Shown: positions 17,867-28,367 of the stretch, one piece after another | How the letters are laid out: each line of letters begins with the position of its first letter | Numbering within the stretch: position 1 is the first letter of the stretch | Assembly: GCA_965237525.1 (NCBI GenBank) | Contig: CBDEFO010000008.1 | Coordinates: forward strand, 1,888,001 to 1,952,000 | DNA: 64,000 bases | Origin: Candidatus Latescibacterota bacterium | GTDB taxonomy: Bacteria > Latescibacterota > CBDEFO01 | Direction of reading: 5' to 3' | Notes under the pieces: generated by a model | Database searches by the model: none | What the model saw: the letters and a program-made list of their open reading frames with translations, nothing else | What the model was told of the DNA's origin: nothing | Position numbers and translations under genes: made by a program

Positions 17867-20800
17867 ATGACCAGACAAACTATCTTCAGCTTTCTGTTTG
17901 CAACCAACAGGGATGGGAGGCGCTGCCGTGTTTCTCCCGATAGATTCAATCGGGGGCTACTGCCTACTGTCTACTGTCTACCGCTTATATCTTTATTCCT
18001 CGCTGTTTTGACCTCCTTTGTTGAAAGGGCCGAAGCTCGGGATAGCGCATATTCTCAAATGGAAGCGGAGCTGGAGTTAAAGGGAGACGGAACAAAAGGC
18101 CCCTATGCACTGGGCGATTTCATAGTCGTAAAGGGCAGCCAGAGCGTGTGGGTGGACTCGCTTCTGAAGCGTCCCATAGAATATGACATAGACTACCTTG
18201 GGGGGTTGCTAACGTTCAAAGAGTCTATATCCTCTACCTCCGAAATTAAAGTCAAGTTTTTGAAACTCCCATCAGGTCTAAAAAGGGTCCATCGACACCG
18301 GAAAGCTCTGCCATTTAAAGAGGAAGAATTGACCCCCGAAAAGGATTACGCTGAGCCGCAGAGGAATGAGTACAGCTCCCCTGCGCTTGATGAACATAGA
18401 GATGATGACTTCTCCGATTTAGAGGTAGGGGGAAGCAAGACCTTCGGGATCAGTGTAGGCTCGAACAGAGATCTGTCCCTGGAACAGGCTCTCCGAGTCA
18501 ACATATCGGGGAAGATAGGAGACGATCTTGAAGTTGTGGCCATCCTTTCGGACCAGAGCACGCCCATACATCCTGACGGAAGCACAAGGGCTCTTAAGGA
18601 ACTGGACAAGGTGCTCATAGAGGTAAGGTCGAAAGTCCTGTCGGCTACGTTAGGAGACATTGATCTGTCGTCGAACCATACGGAGTTTGGAAACTATAGT
18701 CGGAAGCTCCAGGGGATAAAAGGACAGATATCTCTTGCAGAGGGGGAGGCAACGATATTTCCGGCAACGTCCGCAGGCAAGTTTCTCACAAAAGAGATAC
18801 ATCCTATAGACGGCAGCCAGGGGCCTTATCGGCTTACATCGGAGGACGGAAAAAAGGATATAGTAGTCCACCCCGGAACTGAGAAAGTATGGCTCGACGG
18901 ACGACTCTTAACCAGAGGAGGGGATTACGATTACACAATTGACTACAGCAGAGGTGAAATCACATTCACGCACAGAAGGCCGATCACAGCTGACTCCAGG
19001 CTCGTGGTAGATTACGAATATGCGGACGGAACATTCCAGAGGAACTCGGTGGGAGGATGGGGAAAGAAGGAATTTGTGGACGGGAAGCTCAAAATAGGGG
19101 TCTCATTCATCCGTGAGGCCGACTCCCCCGTTGACCGCCGATTGAACCTACAGGGGGCCCGAAGATATGGTCTGCCTGATGGCTCTGAGGCCTTGGGCCA
19201 GGCCCCGATTGAACCCCCGATTAAATCGGGGGTCGGGGGCAAGCCTGCCGGCTCGCTCGACGGAGCGTTTTCCTTCGTCGGTTCCCAAAAAGGAGACTAC
19301 AGATATACAGGAAGCGATTACGAATACGTAGGACCAGGAAGGGGAAGCTATTCCCTTTCCTCACCAGAGAGTTCTTCGACACTTTCTGGGGGGGCCGATA
19401 TGCTCCCCACAGCGGTCATCCACCAGCTTTCAGCCCTCAATCTCTTTTTTTCGCCCGACAGCAGATTCAACATCTCAGGTGAAATCGCCCTCTCCAATGT
19501 TGACCAGAACATCTTCTCTAATAAGGACGGCGGAACGCCCGCTGCAAATGGAGACAAGTTCGGAAGAGCCTACAGATTCCATCTATCCACATCTCCTTAT
19601 GAAATAAGGGCCTTCGGGAGTTCCGTAGGCTCTGTACAATTCTCAGCCCTTCACAGGGCGCTCGGCGACAACTTCTCTCCCGCAGGTAGGATAAGGGAGG
19701 CGGAGGAGAACAGGAGATGGGGCTTGAGCCTGTCACAGGCTGTAGAAGGGGAGACGTTGCAGGAGTTCAAAGCCGCGCATCTTCTTACCTCGCGCTCACG
19801 TTTGAGCATAGGATACGGACGCATACGAAGGGAGAGCGGATTCAGTGGACAGAGGCGTGAATTGTCCTTGACTATATCAGAAAATAACCTTCCTGAACTT
19901 GGGTACTTCCTTGAAGTTATAGACAGAAGCGGGCCTAATGCTTTTGTCCCTGGAAAGATCACAAGACAGTCTGCAGAGGCAGGGGCTCAGATCTGGAGAC
20001 TGAGGCCCGAGCTTTCCTTTGAAAACGAAAGAGCCCGAATGAACGTCAGGGAGTTTGGAGAAGGGTATCCAGGCTCGAAATCTGGATACGACCAGATCGA
20101 AGGTGAACTCTCCTCCATCGGCTGGGGACAGCTCGACTGGTCGTCCTCCTTTGGTATGAGGAAGACACATAATTCTGTCCCTCTGTCGTTCGACTCCGAC
20201 AGTTCAAGAGCCTATACAGGATCGCACCGCATAAAGCTGAACAACTGGCGATCGCTCAACCTTTCCGCCAAGTACTCCCACAGAAAGAGGGTTGAGTTGG
20301 GTCCGTCAGGGGATGAGACCAAGAGTGACCTTGCCCGCATTAAGGCCAACTTTTCTCCAGCCAGGCGTTCTTTTTTTGGGGACCTGGACTACGAAGTTTC
20401 CAGCACACAGACAGCCACAAAGACGAGAAACTTCATCTATGTGGGCAGAGGAAGAGGCTCTTACGTCTGGGAGGACAGGGACCACGACAGAATCCAGGAC
20501 GAAGAGGAGTTCATTCCGGACGCTGACGGCGATTACGGGCTCTACATAGAAAGGACGGGCGACTTCCAGCCTGTAAGGGAGATATCTGCAAACCTGGCGT
20601 TCAGATTCGACCCGAAAAGGCTGCTGAAGGACACAAGCTCGTCTCTCCTTGTAAGGATCGTCCGCGCAATATCCATAGACACATTTGCAAGGGGCGAGCG
20701 TAAGACCCTGAGAGAATCAAAAGCAGGCTACTTCGATCTATACAGATTCCACCTGGGCGACTCCGTGATAAAGGGCGGAAGATCCCTCAGAGGTGACCTC

Positions 20801-21415
20801 TATCTTTTTCGTTACGGACGTCCCCTGTCAGCGAGGCTTAGATATGAATCCAGGGACGATCTGGACAGGGAATTTTCGACCGGAGAGATGAAGAGATCAA
20901 CCCTTTTGAAGTCTTTCAGAATCAGGTCCAAGTTTGCCAGACGATCCGACGCAGAAATAGAATATACCGACAGAGCGGACAAAAGAGCTGGGAAGTCAGC
21001 CTTTAGCTTCGACATCTTGTCCCGTAAAGTCGAACTCAAGTGTACTTACAGACCGAAAGACCACATACAGACTATCTTGAACGTCACAGCAGGAAAAGAC
21101 CAGAACAGAGTATCTGGAACTCCCGTCGCTGCAAACTATATAAGCATAAAGCCCGAACTGTCCAGATCGATTAAAACAAAGGGGAAAGCAAGAGCCCAAC
21201 TTGGCTGGACTAAGGTCTCCTCCAATCCGCACGGTGCTTCCTTACCGTTACAGATGGCGGAGGGCAAAACACAGGGAAAGAATATAGACTGGAATTTAGG
21301 ATTCGACTATAAGGTAGGGCGTTATCTTACGATGATAGTCTCTTACAGGGGGGAAAATATCCCCGCCAGAGATGTGAGACATACTATGAGAGCCGAGATG
21401 CGAGCGTTCTTCTAA
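17867..21415 (+). CDS. large secreted/outer-membrane beta-barrel-like protein of unknown function
   Basis: Signal-like N-terminus, DYxIDY repeats, amphipathic beta strands, terminal Phe. Confidence 0.7.
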   Translation: MTRQTIFSFLFATNRDGRRCRVSPDRFNRGLLPTVYCLPLISLFLAVLTSFVERAEARDSAYSQMEAELELKGDGTKGPYALGDFIVVKGSQSVWVDSLLKRPIEYDIDYLGGLLTFKESISSTSEIKVKFLKLPSGLKRVHRHRKALPFKEEELTPEKDYAEPQRNEYSSPALDEHRDDDFSDLEVGGSKTFGISVGSNRDLSLEQALRVNISGKIGDDLEVVAILSDQSTPIHPDGSTRALKELDKVLIEVRSKVLSATLGDIDLSSNHTEFGNYSRKLQGIKGQISLAEGEATIFPATSAGKFLTKEIHPIDGSQGPYRLTSEDGKKDIVVHPGTEKVWLDGRLLTRGGDYDYTIDYSRGEITFTHRRPITADSRLVVDYEYADGTFQRNSVGGWGKKEFVDGKLKIGVSFIREADSPVDRRLNLQGARRYGLPDGSEALGQAPIEPPIKSGVGGKPAGSLDGAFSFVGSQKGDYRYTGSDYEYVGPGRGSYSLSSPESSSTLSGGADMLPTAVIHQLSALNLFFSPDSRFNISGEIALSNVDQNIFSNKDGGTPAANGDKFGRAYRFHLSTSPYEIRAFGSSVGSVQFSALHRALGDNFSPAGRIREAEENRRWGLSLSQAVEGETLQEFKAAHLLTSRSRLSIGYGRIRRESGFSGQRRELSLTISENNLPELGYFLEVIDRSGPNAFVPGKITRQSAEAGAQIWRLRPELSFENERARMNVREFGEGYPGSKSGYDQIEGELSSIGWGQLDWSSSFGMRKTHNSVPLSFDSDSSRAYTGSHRIKLNNWRSLNLSAKYSHRKRVELGPSGDETKSDLARIKANFSPARRSFFGDLDYEVSSTQTATKTRNFIYVGRGRGSYVWEDRDHDRIQDEEEFIPDADGDYGLYIERTGDFQPVREISANLAFRFDPKRLLKDTSSSLLVRIVRAISIDTFARGERKTLRESKAGYFDLYRFHLGDSVIKGGRSLRGDLYLFRYGRPLSARLRYESRDDLDREFSTGEMKRSTLLKSFRIRSKFARRSDAEIEYTDRADKRAGKSAFSFDILSRKVELKCTYRPKDHIQTILNVTAGKDQNRVSGTPVAANYISIKPELSRSIKTKGKARAQLGWTKVSSNPHGASLPLQMAEGKTQGKNIDWNLGFDYKVGRYLTMIVSYRGENIPARDVRHTMRAEMRAFF

Positions 21416-21448
21416 AGAAAGTTGAGAGAGGTGCACCTTTGCTAAACC

Positions 21449-21552
21449 GTCAGTGCGACTCTCCCCACGTAATCTATAGGGGTAAGATCGGGGCAGCGAA
21501 GCAAGCTCGTAGAGAGATGCGAGTGCTTAGGGGTTTCACCGCTCGCAATGAC
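21449..21552. repeat. GTCATTGCGAG...CTCGCAATGAC-type palindromic element (degenerate)
   Basis: gtcagtgcga..gcgaagcaagctc..gagatgc..ctcgcaatgac; a partial second copy starts at ~21597. Confidence 0.55.
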
Positions 21553-21664
21553 TAATGACAAGAGCGTGCAATGACGTAAGTCAGAAGCCCTGCAACGTCA
21601 TTGTGAGGGGGAGCGGCCGCTTTGCTAGGGTGGCAGCAAGCAACCGATAGATTCTAATCGGGGA

Positions 21665-23032
21665 TCAGGGTCTACTGTTTACTATCACTGACGATCCATC
21701 CAGGTCATCAGGGTGGCAAGGCCACTTTGCAACAGGCAGTTCCATCAGTTCAAGGACAGTGGGGAAAGAATCGCCTATCCATATTGCTCTGTCCCCTTGT
21801 ATATCTTTGCCCCTTATGTACAAAAATGCGTCGTCGTAAGTATGAGTTCCCGTGAAGACATCTTTTTGAAAGGGCGCATCCCTGTTGAAATCGCCTTTCA
21901 GATCGTATCCTGCATTGGGTAAAGCTATCATGTCGGGGGCTCGATCGTAGGCTCCGGTATCGTCTCTCGTGTATATCTCCTCTTTTTCTACCACCCTTCC
22001 TATGACGGGATCTCCTGTGTCAGGATCAGATAGTGCAAGTAACTCCCCTTTCAATCGGTCCTTGATAACATTGTAGTCTTGGGGGTGCACAGAGCCTTTT
22101 GGTTCCCTCCCTTTAAGGTTAGTGTAGATCCTTCCCGGAGCAAGGCTGTAAGCGCGCGACTCTGGGCGGATCGAATCGAGAGAGTCTCCCCCGAGTGCAA
22201 GCCATCCTCTCTCCTGAAGGATTCGATTTACGGCAACCTCTTTTTTGAGTGAGCAGAACCCGTGATCTGATAGGATCATCAGCGCTGTATCGTCGCCAAG
22301 CCTGCGGGTGAATTCTCCGAGTATTGCGTCTATTTTCCTGTAAAATCTGATAAAGGCGGGAGCGTATACGGGATCGCCGCCCTCCCAATATTCCCACAGG
22401 AAATGGTGGAGCCTGTCGGTCTCCATGATGTGGACCATGAAAAAGTCCCATGTCTCTTTTTCCCAGAAGGCGCACATAGCCTCAATTTTCCTGTCGAGGA
22501 CATAGTCCAGGTCTGAAAGGAGGAATTCCGTGGACTCTTTGGCTCTTTTTATATCTATGTCTATGCGATAGCCCATCTTTTTGAGTTGATCTGATACATG
22601 TGGGGGATATGCGGCTCTGGCGATCTGGATGCACAGGAATCCCGAAATGAGGACGCCGTTGATTTTTCTCGGAGGATACGTAACGGGAACATTCATAGAG
22701 AAGACGCGTTTAGATAGTTCGCTCAAGTGCTCCCAGAGCGTCCTTGACGTAAGGTCTAAAGAGGTGGGCACGAAGATTTCATAGGTACCCCGATGTCTGT
22801 CGGTAAAGCCGTATATATTGTGTCTGCCGGGGCTTACGCCCGTCAGAAAAGACGCCCAAGCTGTGGAGGACACGCAGGGAACAGTGGAGAGCATAGGCTT
22901 GAGAGAACCTTCCTTGAAGATCCGAGAGAGGTTCGGAAGGATCCCCTCTGATGTGAGGCGACGTATGAGACTGTATGGGGTGCCGTCGAGGGCAATGACG
23001 ACTATCCTTTTCCCCTTAGTCTTTATCAGCAT
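21665..23032 (-). CDS. alkaline phosphatase superfamily phosphodiesterase (type I NPP-like)
   Basis: ALDG, PCVSSTAW, DRLHH, SDHGF, GTH. Confidence 0.85.
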   Translation of the reverse strand: MLIKTKGKRIVVIALDGTPYSLIRRLTSEGILPNLSRIFKEGSLKPMLSTVPCVSSTAWASFLTGVSPGRHNIYGFTDRHRGTYEIFVPTSLDLTSRTLWEHLSELSKRVFSMNVPVTYPPRKINGVLISGFLCIQIARAAYPPHVSDQLKKMGYRIDIDIKRAKESTEFLLSDLDYVLDRKIEAMCAFWEKETWDFFMVHIMETDRLHHFLWEYWEGGDPVYAPAFIRFYRKIDAILGEFTRRLGDDTALMILSDHGFCSLKKEVAVNRILQERGWLALGGDSLDSIRPESRAYSLAPGRIYTNLKGREPKGSVHPQDYNVIKDRLKGELLALSDPDTGDPVIGRVVEKEEIYTRDDTGAYDRAPDMIALPNAGYDLKGDFNRDAPFQKDVFTGTHTYDDAFLYIRGKDIQGDRAIWIGDSFPTVLELMELPVAKWPCHPDDLDGSSVIVNSRP

Positions 23033-23126
23033 GAAGTCTTCTCCGCAAGATATGGCCGCAACTTATAGAAAGACGGGATATCTACTGTCCACTAACCTGG
23101 AGGGGCGGCGGCGCCCTGTCTCTTCT

Positions 23127-24515
23127 CTAACCAGACAGAATGTCTGCTCTACTGTCTGATTGCTTAATGTCGAAGAGATTCAGGACTGTAGGGGCTATAT
23201 CCAGAAGGTGAAGACTTTCAAGTTTACGCCCCCTTCCGGGATTTTGAGGATCGTACGCAATGAATAAGCCATGCTGAGCGTGGTTGGCGTCGTCGGGGCC
23301 AAGGTCGGTCTCAAAGGTGCGGATGTCACCTATTCCGATGCCCCCTACCGATCTCCAGTATAGGTCACCGAAGTGGATTATGAGGTCTGAGGGGATGTTG
23401 TGGCACTCAGAGTAGATCTCCTGCGGCTTATAGACTCTGGTGCCTATGTTGTTTCCATTTTCATCTGTGAGGGCTTCGAGCTTAGAGACAAGTTCATCTC
23501 TGACCTTCTCGTAGTCCCCCGGGGGAATGACCCCAGTTGGTTCTCTGCCACTTACGTTCAGAAAGAGACGGCCGTAATATCCGCCTGAACCCCAGGCTTT
23601 TGTATTCTCCCAATCCACCTCCACTTCTTCAATCTGAACGATGCCCTCGGGTTTACGCTTGATCTTGAGGTATCCCTCCTCTATCAGCCATTCGTTGATG
23701 CAGATGCCGCCGTCCATACGTTTGGCCCCATGGTCGGATACCACAAGGACTGCTGTATCGTCGTCCAAGAGCTCTAAAGTCTTTCCTATCTCTTCGTCTA
23801 TGTAGATGTAGTAATCTCTGATGGAGTTCTTGTAAGGAGAATCGGGAGAATGCTTGCGGTGCTCCTTATCCCGGAACTTCCAGAAGCCGTGATGTATCCT
23901 ATCTATCCCTATCTCCATGAATATAAAGAAGTCCCATTCCTTTTCGGTTAAGAGATGCCTTACGACCTTGAATCTCCTTTCGGTCATTTCGTATATCTGT
24001 CTTAAGAGATAGTCTTTATCCTCCGTGCGGAACTTCCTGACGTCAACTATGTATTCGCCCACCAGGTTATCTATTTCCGCCTTCAGTGCAGGGGGATAGG
24101 TGTACTGCTTCGTTGTTGAAGGGGTCATAAAGCAGGTTACTAAAGAGCCGTTGATCGGACGAGGGGGGTAGGAGGGAGGGATACCGATTACGACGGACTT
24201 CTTATTATATCGGGCAAGTATGTCCCAGAGGGTCTGTTCCTTGACAGACCTGGAGTCTACGATGGCGAGGTCTTCGTAGCTGTAGTTAGCCCGGTTCCTG
24301 AACCCGTAGAAGCCGAGCCTCCCGGGATCTAACCCAGTCATCATGCACATCCAGGCGGGGACGGTTATGGGCGGGATGATGCTCTCTAATTTTCCGTAGG
24401 AGCCTTCATCCATAAGTCTGCTCAAATGGGGAAGTTGGTCTTTCCATTCGTCAAAGACCAGCTCAGGAGCAGCGCAGTCGAGTCCGATAACAAAGACTTT
24501 TGGCTGGTTTGGCAT
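23127..24515 (-). CDS. alkaline phosphatase superfamily phosphodiesterase (type I NPP-like)
   Basis: GLDC, PPITVPAW, DRIHHGFW, SDHG, DANH. Confidence 0.88.
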   Translation of the reverse strand: MPNQPKVFVIGLDCAAPELVFDEWKDQLPHLSRLMDEGSYGKLESIIPPITVPAWMCMMTGLDPGRLGFYGFRNRANYSYEDLAIVDSRSVKEQTLWDILARYNKKSVVIGIPPSYPPRPINGSLVTCFMTPSTTKQYTYPPALKAEIDNLVGEYIVDVRKFRTEDKDYLLRQIYEMTERRFKVVRHLLTEKEWDFFIFMEIGIDRIHHGFWKFRDKEHRKHSPDSPYKNSIRDYYIYIDEEIGKTLELLDDDTAVLVVSDHGAKRMDGGICINEWLIEEGYLKIKRKPEGIVQIEEVEVDWENTKAWGSGGYYGRLFLNVSGREPTGVIPPGDYEKVRDELVSKLEALTDENGNNIGTRVYKPQEIYSECHNIPSDLIIHFGDLYWRSVGGIGIGDIRTFETDLGPDDANHAQHGLFIAYDPQNPGRGRKLESLHLLDIAPTVLNLFDIKQSDSRADILSG

Positions 24516-24582
24516 TTTACCTTCCGCTGATATTCAATTGTGACTAGCTACTAGTGCCTATTTATTCCAAAATGCCCAATGT

Positions 24583-24746
24583 GTGGGGGCAGACCCAAGT
24601 GTCTGCCCTGAACATACAGATAAATTGCGCACGTCAGACAGGAATGTCTGACCCACCAGAAGAGCGTGTTGATAATGTGGTCGGTAGGACAGTCCCCGCT
24701 CCCCGATTGAGTCTATCGGCGATTCAACCGGGGATTTGTCTGTCCC
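24583..24746. repeat. REP cluster / REPIN-like element containing the 21-bp palindrome
   Basis: GTGGGGGCAGAC..GTCTGCCC; gtcagacaggaatgtctgacccacc...ggtaggacag[palindrome]ttgtctgtcc; 24633-24745 matches 31223-31327. Confidence 0.8.
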
Positions 24747-24750
24747 CTGT

Positions 24751-25869
24751 CTACTTGTTTCGAGTTCCCAGCTTCACAAAGGGAGGCCGGACGACTTCTG
24801 CGGCCTTACTGCTGCCTCTTATATCTACTGCGATCTGCGTTCCTTCTTCCCTGTGATTCCACGACACATATCCCATTCCTATCCCACATTTCAGGGAGGG
24901 AGAAAAGGTCCCGCTCGTTACAGAGCCTATCTCTTTTCCGTCTTTGCACAGTATCTTCTGATGACTTCTGGGTATCGCCTTTTCCACCATCTTGAAGCCT
25001 ACGAGTCTCTTTTTCAAGCCGTCCCTTTTCTGTCTCAGAAGGGCATCCTTGCCCACAAAGTCCTGGGGCTTATCCAGCTTGACCGTCCATTTGAGGCGAG
25101 CCTCCAGGGGCGTTACGTCCTCGGTAAGATCGTTCCCGTAGAGTGGGTACCCTGCTTCTAATCTCAGAGTATCCCTTGCGCCGAGGCCCGCAGGTACTGC
25201 GCCGTCTGTCGAGAGCGCCTCCCATACAGCGGCCGCATCGGACGGATCGCAGATTATCTCAAATCCGTCCTCTCCTGTGTAGCCCGTCCGGGAGATAATG
25301 CACTCTTCCCCTGTGGATATCTTCCCTTCCACAAACCAGTAGTAGCCAATTTCGGAGAGGTTCACATCAGTGTGCCCAGACAAGATCTCCTCAGCATGGG
25401 GACCCTGAAGCGCTATCATAGCGTATTCCTGGCTGACGTTTCGTGCTGATACATAATCAAATTCCCGCACTCTTTCTGCTGTCCACTCGTAGTCTGTATC
25501 TATCCTTGAGGCGTTGACCACAAGGAGAAAGAGGTCTTCCCTGCGCTTTAAGCAGACCAGATCGTCTATGATCCCGCCTTTTTCATTGCACATAGGAGAA
25601 TACAAAATTCTCCCTGGAACGAGGGAAGCAATGAGGTTCGGGAGCAGGTATTCCAAGAACTGTTCGGCTCTTTTCCCCTCGATTTCAATCTGTCCCATGT
25701 GAGAAACGTCGAAGATGCCGACCTTCTGTCTAACTTTGAGGTGCTCAAAGTTTATGCCCTGATACTGGACGGGCATCTCAAAACCTGCAAATTCTACCAT
25801 CTTAGCGCTACTTTTGATATGCAGGTCGTAAAGAGGAGCCCTCTTAAGATCTCCTTCTGAATTTTCCAT
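24751..25869 (-). CDS. gcvT: glycine cleavage system aminomethyltransferase T
   Basis: FDVSHMG, RTGYTGEDGFE, GLGARDTLRLEAG. Confidence 0.96.
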   Translation of the reverse strand: MENSEGDLKRAPLYDLHIKSSAKMVEFAGFEMPVQYQGINFEHLKVRQKVGIFDVSHMGQIEIEGKRAEQFLEYLLPNLIASLVPGRILYSPMCNEKGGIIDDLVCLKRREDLFLLVVNASRIDTDYEWTAERVREFDYVSARNVSQEYAMIALQGPHAEEILSGHTDVNLSEIGYYWFVEGKISTGEECIISRTGYTGEDGFEIICDPSDAAAVWEALSTDGAVPAGLGARDTLRLEAGYPLYGNDLTEDVTPLEARLKWTVKLDKPQDFVGKDALLRQKRDGLKKRLVGFKMVEKAIPRSHQKILCKDGKEIGSVTSGTFSPSLKCGIGMGYVSWNHREEGTQIAVDIRGSSKAAEVVRPPFVKLGTRNK

Positions 25870-26848
25870 AATCTTTACCTTTATCCATGTCTATCTATCT
25901 TGTCATCCCGAAGTTGTCCAAAAAGATCACAAAGTCGGACAGACCGACCCCACCATCGCCGTTCAAGTCGAACGTTGGATCCCAATCTAGTGAACTGTTC
26001 GTTGTCCCGAACACATCCAGAAAACGGACAAAGTCGGAAAGATCTACTTCATTATCCCCATCGAAATCGCCGGCGAGATCAATTATGCTAGAGGGCCCAG
26101 AGATATTGAACAGCACTGATATGCTGTCTCTTCTCCTGTTGACTACAACCAGGTCGCTGTCACCATCTCCGTCCAGACCCGTCATGAAAAGCCAACGCGG
26201 CCTATCACCGGCAAAGTAGTCCATCCTCACACCGAACGTTCCGTCTCCGTCGTTCAATAACACCGATACAGTGTTGCTGATTACGATAGCTACAGCTATG
26301 TCGTTGTCTCCGTCCCCGTCTAAATCCTCAATGAATACTGACATAGGTTGAATTCCAACGCTATAGTCCTCCCTGGTGCCGAATCTCCCATCTCCTTTGT
26401 TAAGCAACATTGATACGCTATCGCCCTTCCAGTTCGCCGCAGCCAAGTCATAATGCCCATCACCGTTCAAATCCACACCTAAAACTGACCAGGGTTCATC
26501 CCCAACATCGTAGTCGGCCCTATTTGCGAACGTCCCATCTCCATTGTTTAGCAAAACTGATATGTTATTACTAGCCGAGTTGGCTACGGCCAAGTCATTG
26601 TGACCATCGCCGTTTAGGTCCGCACCATAAACTGCACGTGGACTATTCCCCACTTCATAGTCTGTCCTGGGCGCATATGTGCCATCTCCATTGTTTAATA
26701 ACACCGACATGGTATTGCTCTCGAAATTACCAACGGCTAAGTCCTTATGGCCATCTCCACCCAAATCCGCGCCGAAAACTGAACGAGGTCCACCGCCAAC
26801 CGGATATACCGCCCTGGCTGCGAATGTGCCGTTTCCGTTGTTCATTAA

Positions 26849-28367
26849 AAGCCTTGTGAAATAGTTATGTCCCAGGCAGCGTCTGAAGCGCCGATTATGG
26901 GTCAAAGAGTAGCATATCGTATCGTTTTGCTGTGGAATAAGCAAAATAGTCTTATCAGAGTTCTGGTCAGCAAGGAATAGGAGTTGTTTGAAGAACAGGA
27001 TGCACTGTCTTTGACAGACAGGGCACACATAGACGCTTTCCCCCTTCTTATGAAAGATACAAGCCTCTTGAGATTCTGTACTGTTGCAACAAGATTCAAC
27101 TGTTCATTCAGTGAGGCTGGTCCTCTATAACGGGCTCGTCCCATACCGTGTTGTTGCCTGGCTTCAGCAAAGATATGTTCACTGCGTTTACGGAGTCTCC
27201 GGGAGAGTTTGTAGTCAGCTGTTAATGAGATAGACCGTGCATGATTTCTGGCTTTCGCCTCTCGCACTTTTCTATCCCGTTCGGCCTGAATATGTGCTGG
27301 ATTTGTCTTGTTTTTCCATGTAGGAATCGGTTCAATCTTCTCATCGGCTCGCAGAGGAATATGGGGTATGATTCCCCGGTCAAGTACATCAGCGATAAAA
27401 TTACCAGAACCGTAACCGGTATCGGCACTAAGTGTCTGAATGTCTTTGGGCATGGTGTATGTTTCAAGGTCATCTACCATCTTAAGGGCACTTTCGGGCT
27501 CTGCTGTCCCTGTCGCCTGCGTGCCCTGAGTCTCAAGGATTACTCTGCTTTTTGTGTCGATCAGATCATGGCCCATAAACGAGAGAAAAGCCCCTTTGCC
27601 CTTCGATTTGCTGTATAAGCGCGCGTCGGGGTCTGTAGTCGAACGGTGTGTTTGGTTCGTCCACTTTTCACCATGAAAGTCTTTATCCTGAGGATGCCCG
27701 GACCTACCCTTTGTCTTATCACCTTCAAAACCGATTCCCTTGAGATAATCATCAAGAGAAAAAGGGGGTTCTATCGGCTCAATACTTTTCACTGAAGCAT
27801 CAGCTTGTATCTGAGTGCCGTCGACACTAAGGTGTTTACCGCTCACAACACCGACATCTATGCAACACTGGACTACCTGACGCATTATCCGTTCAAACAA
27901 CCCACTGGATGCCCACTTGTGATTGCGAAGCTTGTTGATCGTGCTCCTATCCGGAACCGCATCATCAAATGTCTGATGACAAAACAACCGATATGCCGCA
28001 TGCATCCCCACTTCCTGACAGAGCCGATTCTCACTCAAATTATACAGATAGCCAATAAGGATCATTCGAACAACTAATTCAGGATCAATACCGGGTCTGC
28101 CATTGTCAGGGCAATAACAATCTGATACAACGTCTCGTACAAATGAAAAATCAACTGCCTCATCAATCTGACGAAGGATATGATCCTCGGGAACTAAATC
28201 CTCCATCTGAAAATAGTGAAACATCGGATTTGTCTGTTCCTGCTCTTGTGGGGTCATTGTTTCCTCCATGTATAATATTATCAATAACATAATATAATAC
28301 ATCGGAGCTGCTTTATCAATGCTTGTTCTATACTACTTTCTGAATCTAAGGGTTTTTCACAAGGCTT
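26849..28367 (-). mobile_element. IS1182-family element, copy 1 (1519 bp)
   Basis: Terminal IR AAGCCTTGTGAAA; TTAA duplication at 26845-26848 and 28368-28371. Confidence 0.92.
26902..28257 (-). CDS. IS1182-family DDE transposase
   Basis: DUF772-like LVPEDHILR..GRPGIDP; VDGT, ADTGY, SEHIFAE (D-D-E). Confidence 0.9.
   Translation of the reverse strand: MTPQEQEQTNPMFHYFQMEDLVPEDHILRQIDEAVDFSFVRDVVSDCYCPDNGRPGIDPELVVRMILIGYLYNLSENRLCQEVGMHAAYRLFCHQTFDDAVPDRSTINKLRNHKWASSGLFERIMRQVVQCCIDVGVVSGKHLSVDGTQIQADASVKSIEPIEPPFSLDDYLKGIGFEGDKTKGRSGHPQDKDFHGEKWTNQTHRSTTDPDARLYSKSKGKGAFLSFMGHDLIDTKSRVILETQGTQATGTAEPESALKMVDDLETYTMPKDIQTLSADTGYGSGNFIADVLDRGIIPHIPLRADEKIEPIPTWKNKTNPAHIQAERDRKVREAKARNHARSISLTADYKLSRRLRKRSEHIFAEARQQHGMGRARYRGPASLNEQLNLVATVQNLKRLVSFIRRGKASMCALSVKDSASCSSNNSYSLLTRTLIRLFCLFHSKTIRYATL

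Noticed and set aside
26849..27028. N-terminus of ORF 25895-27028 (also ORFs 36616-36870 and 39121-39309)
   Set aside because: Read-through from IS end sequence, not independent genes
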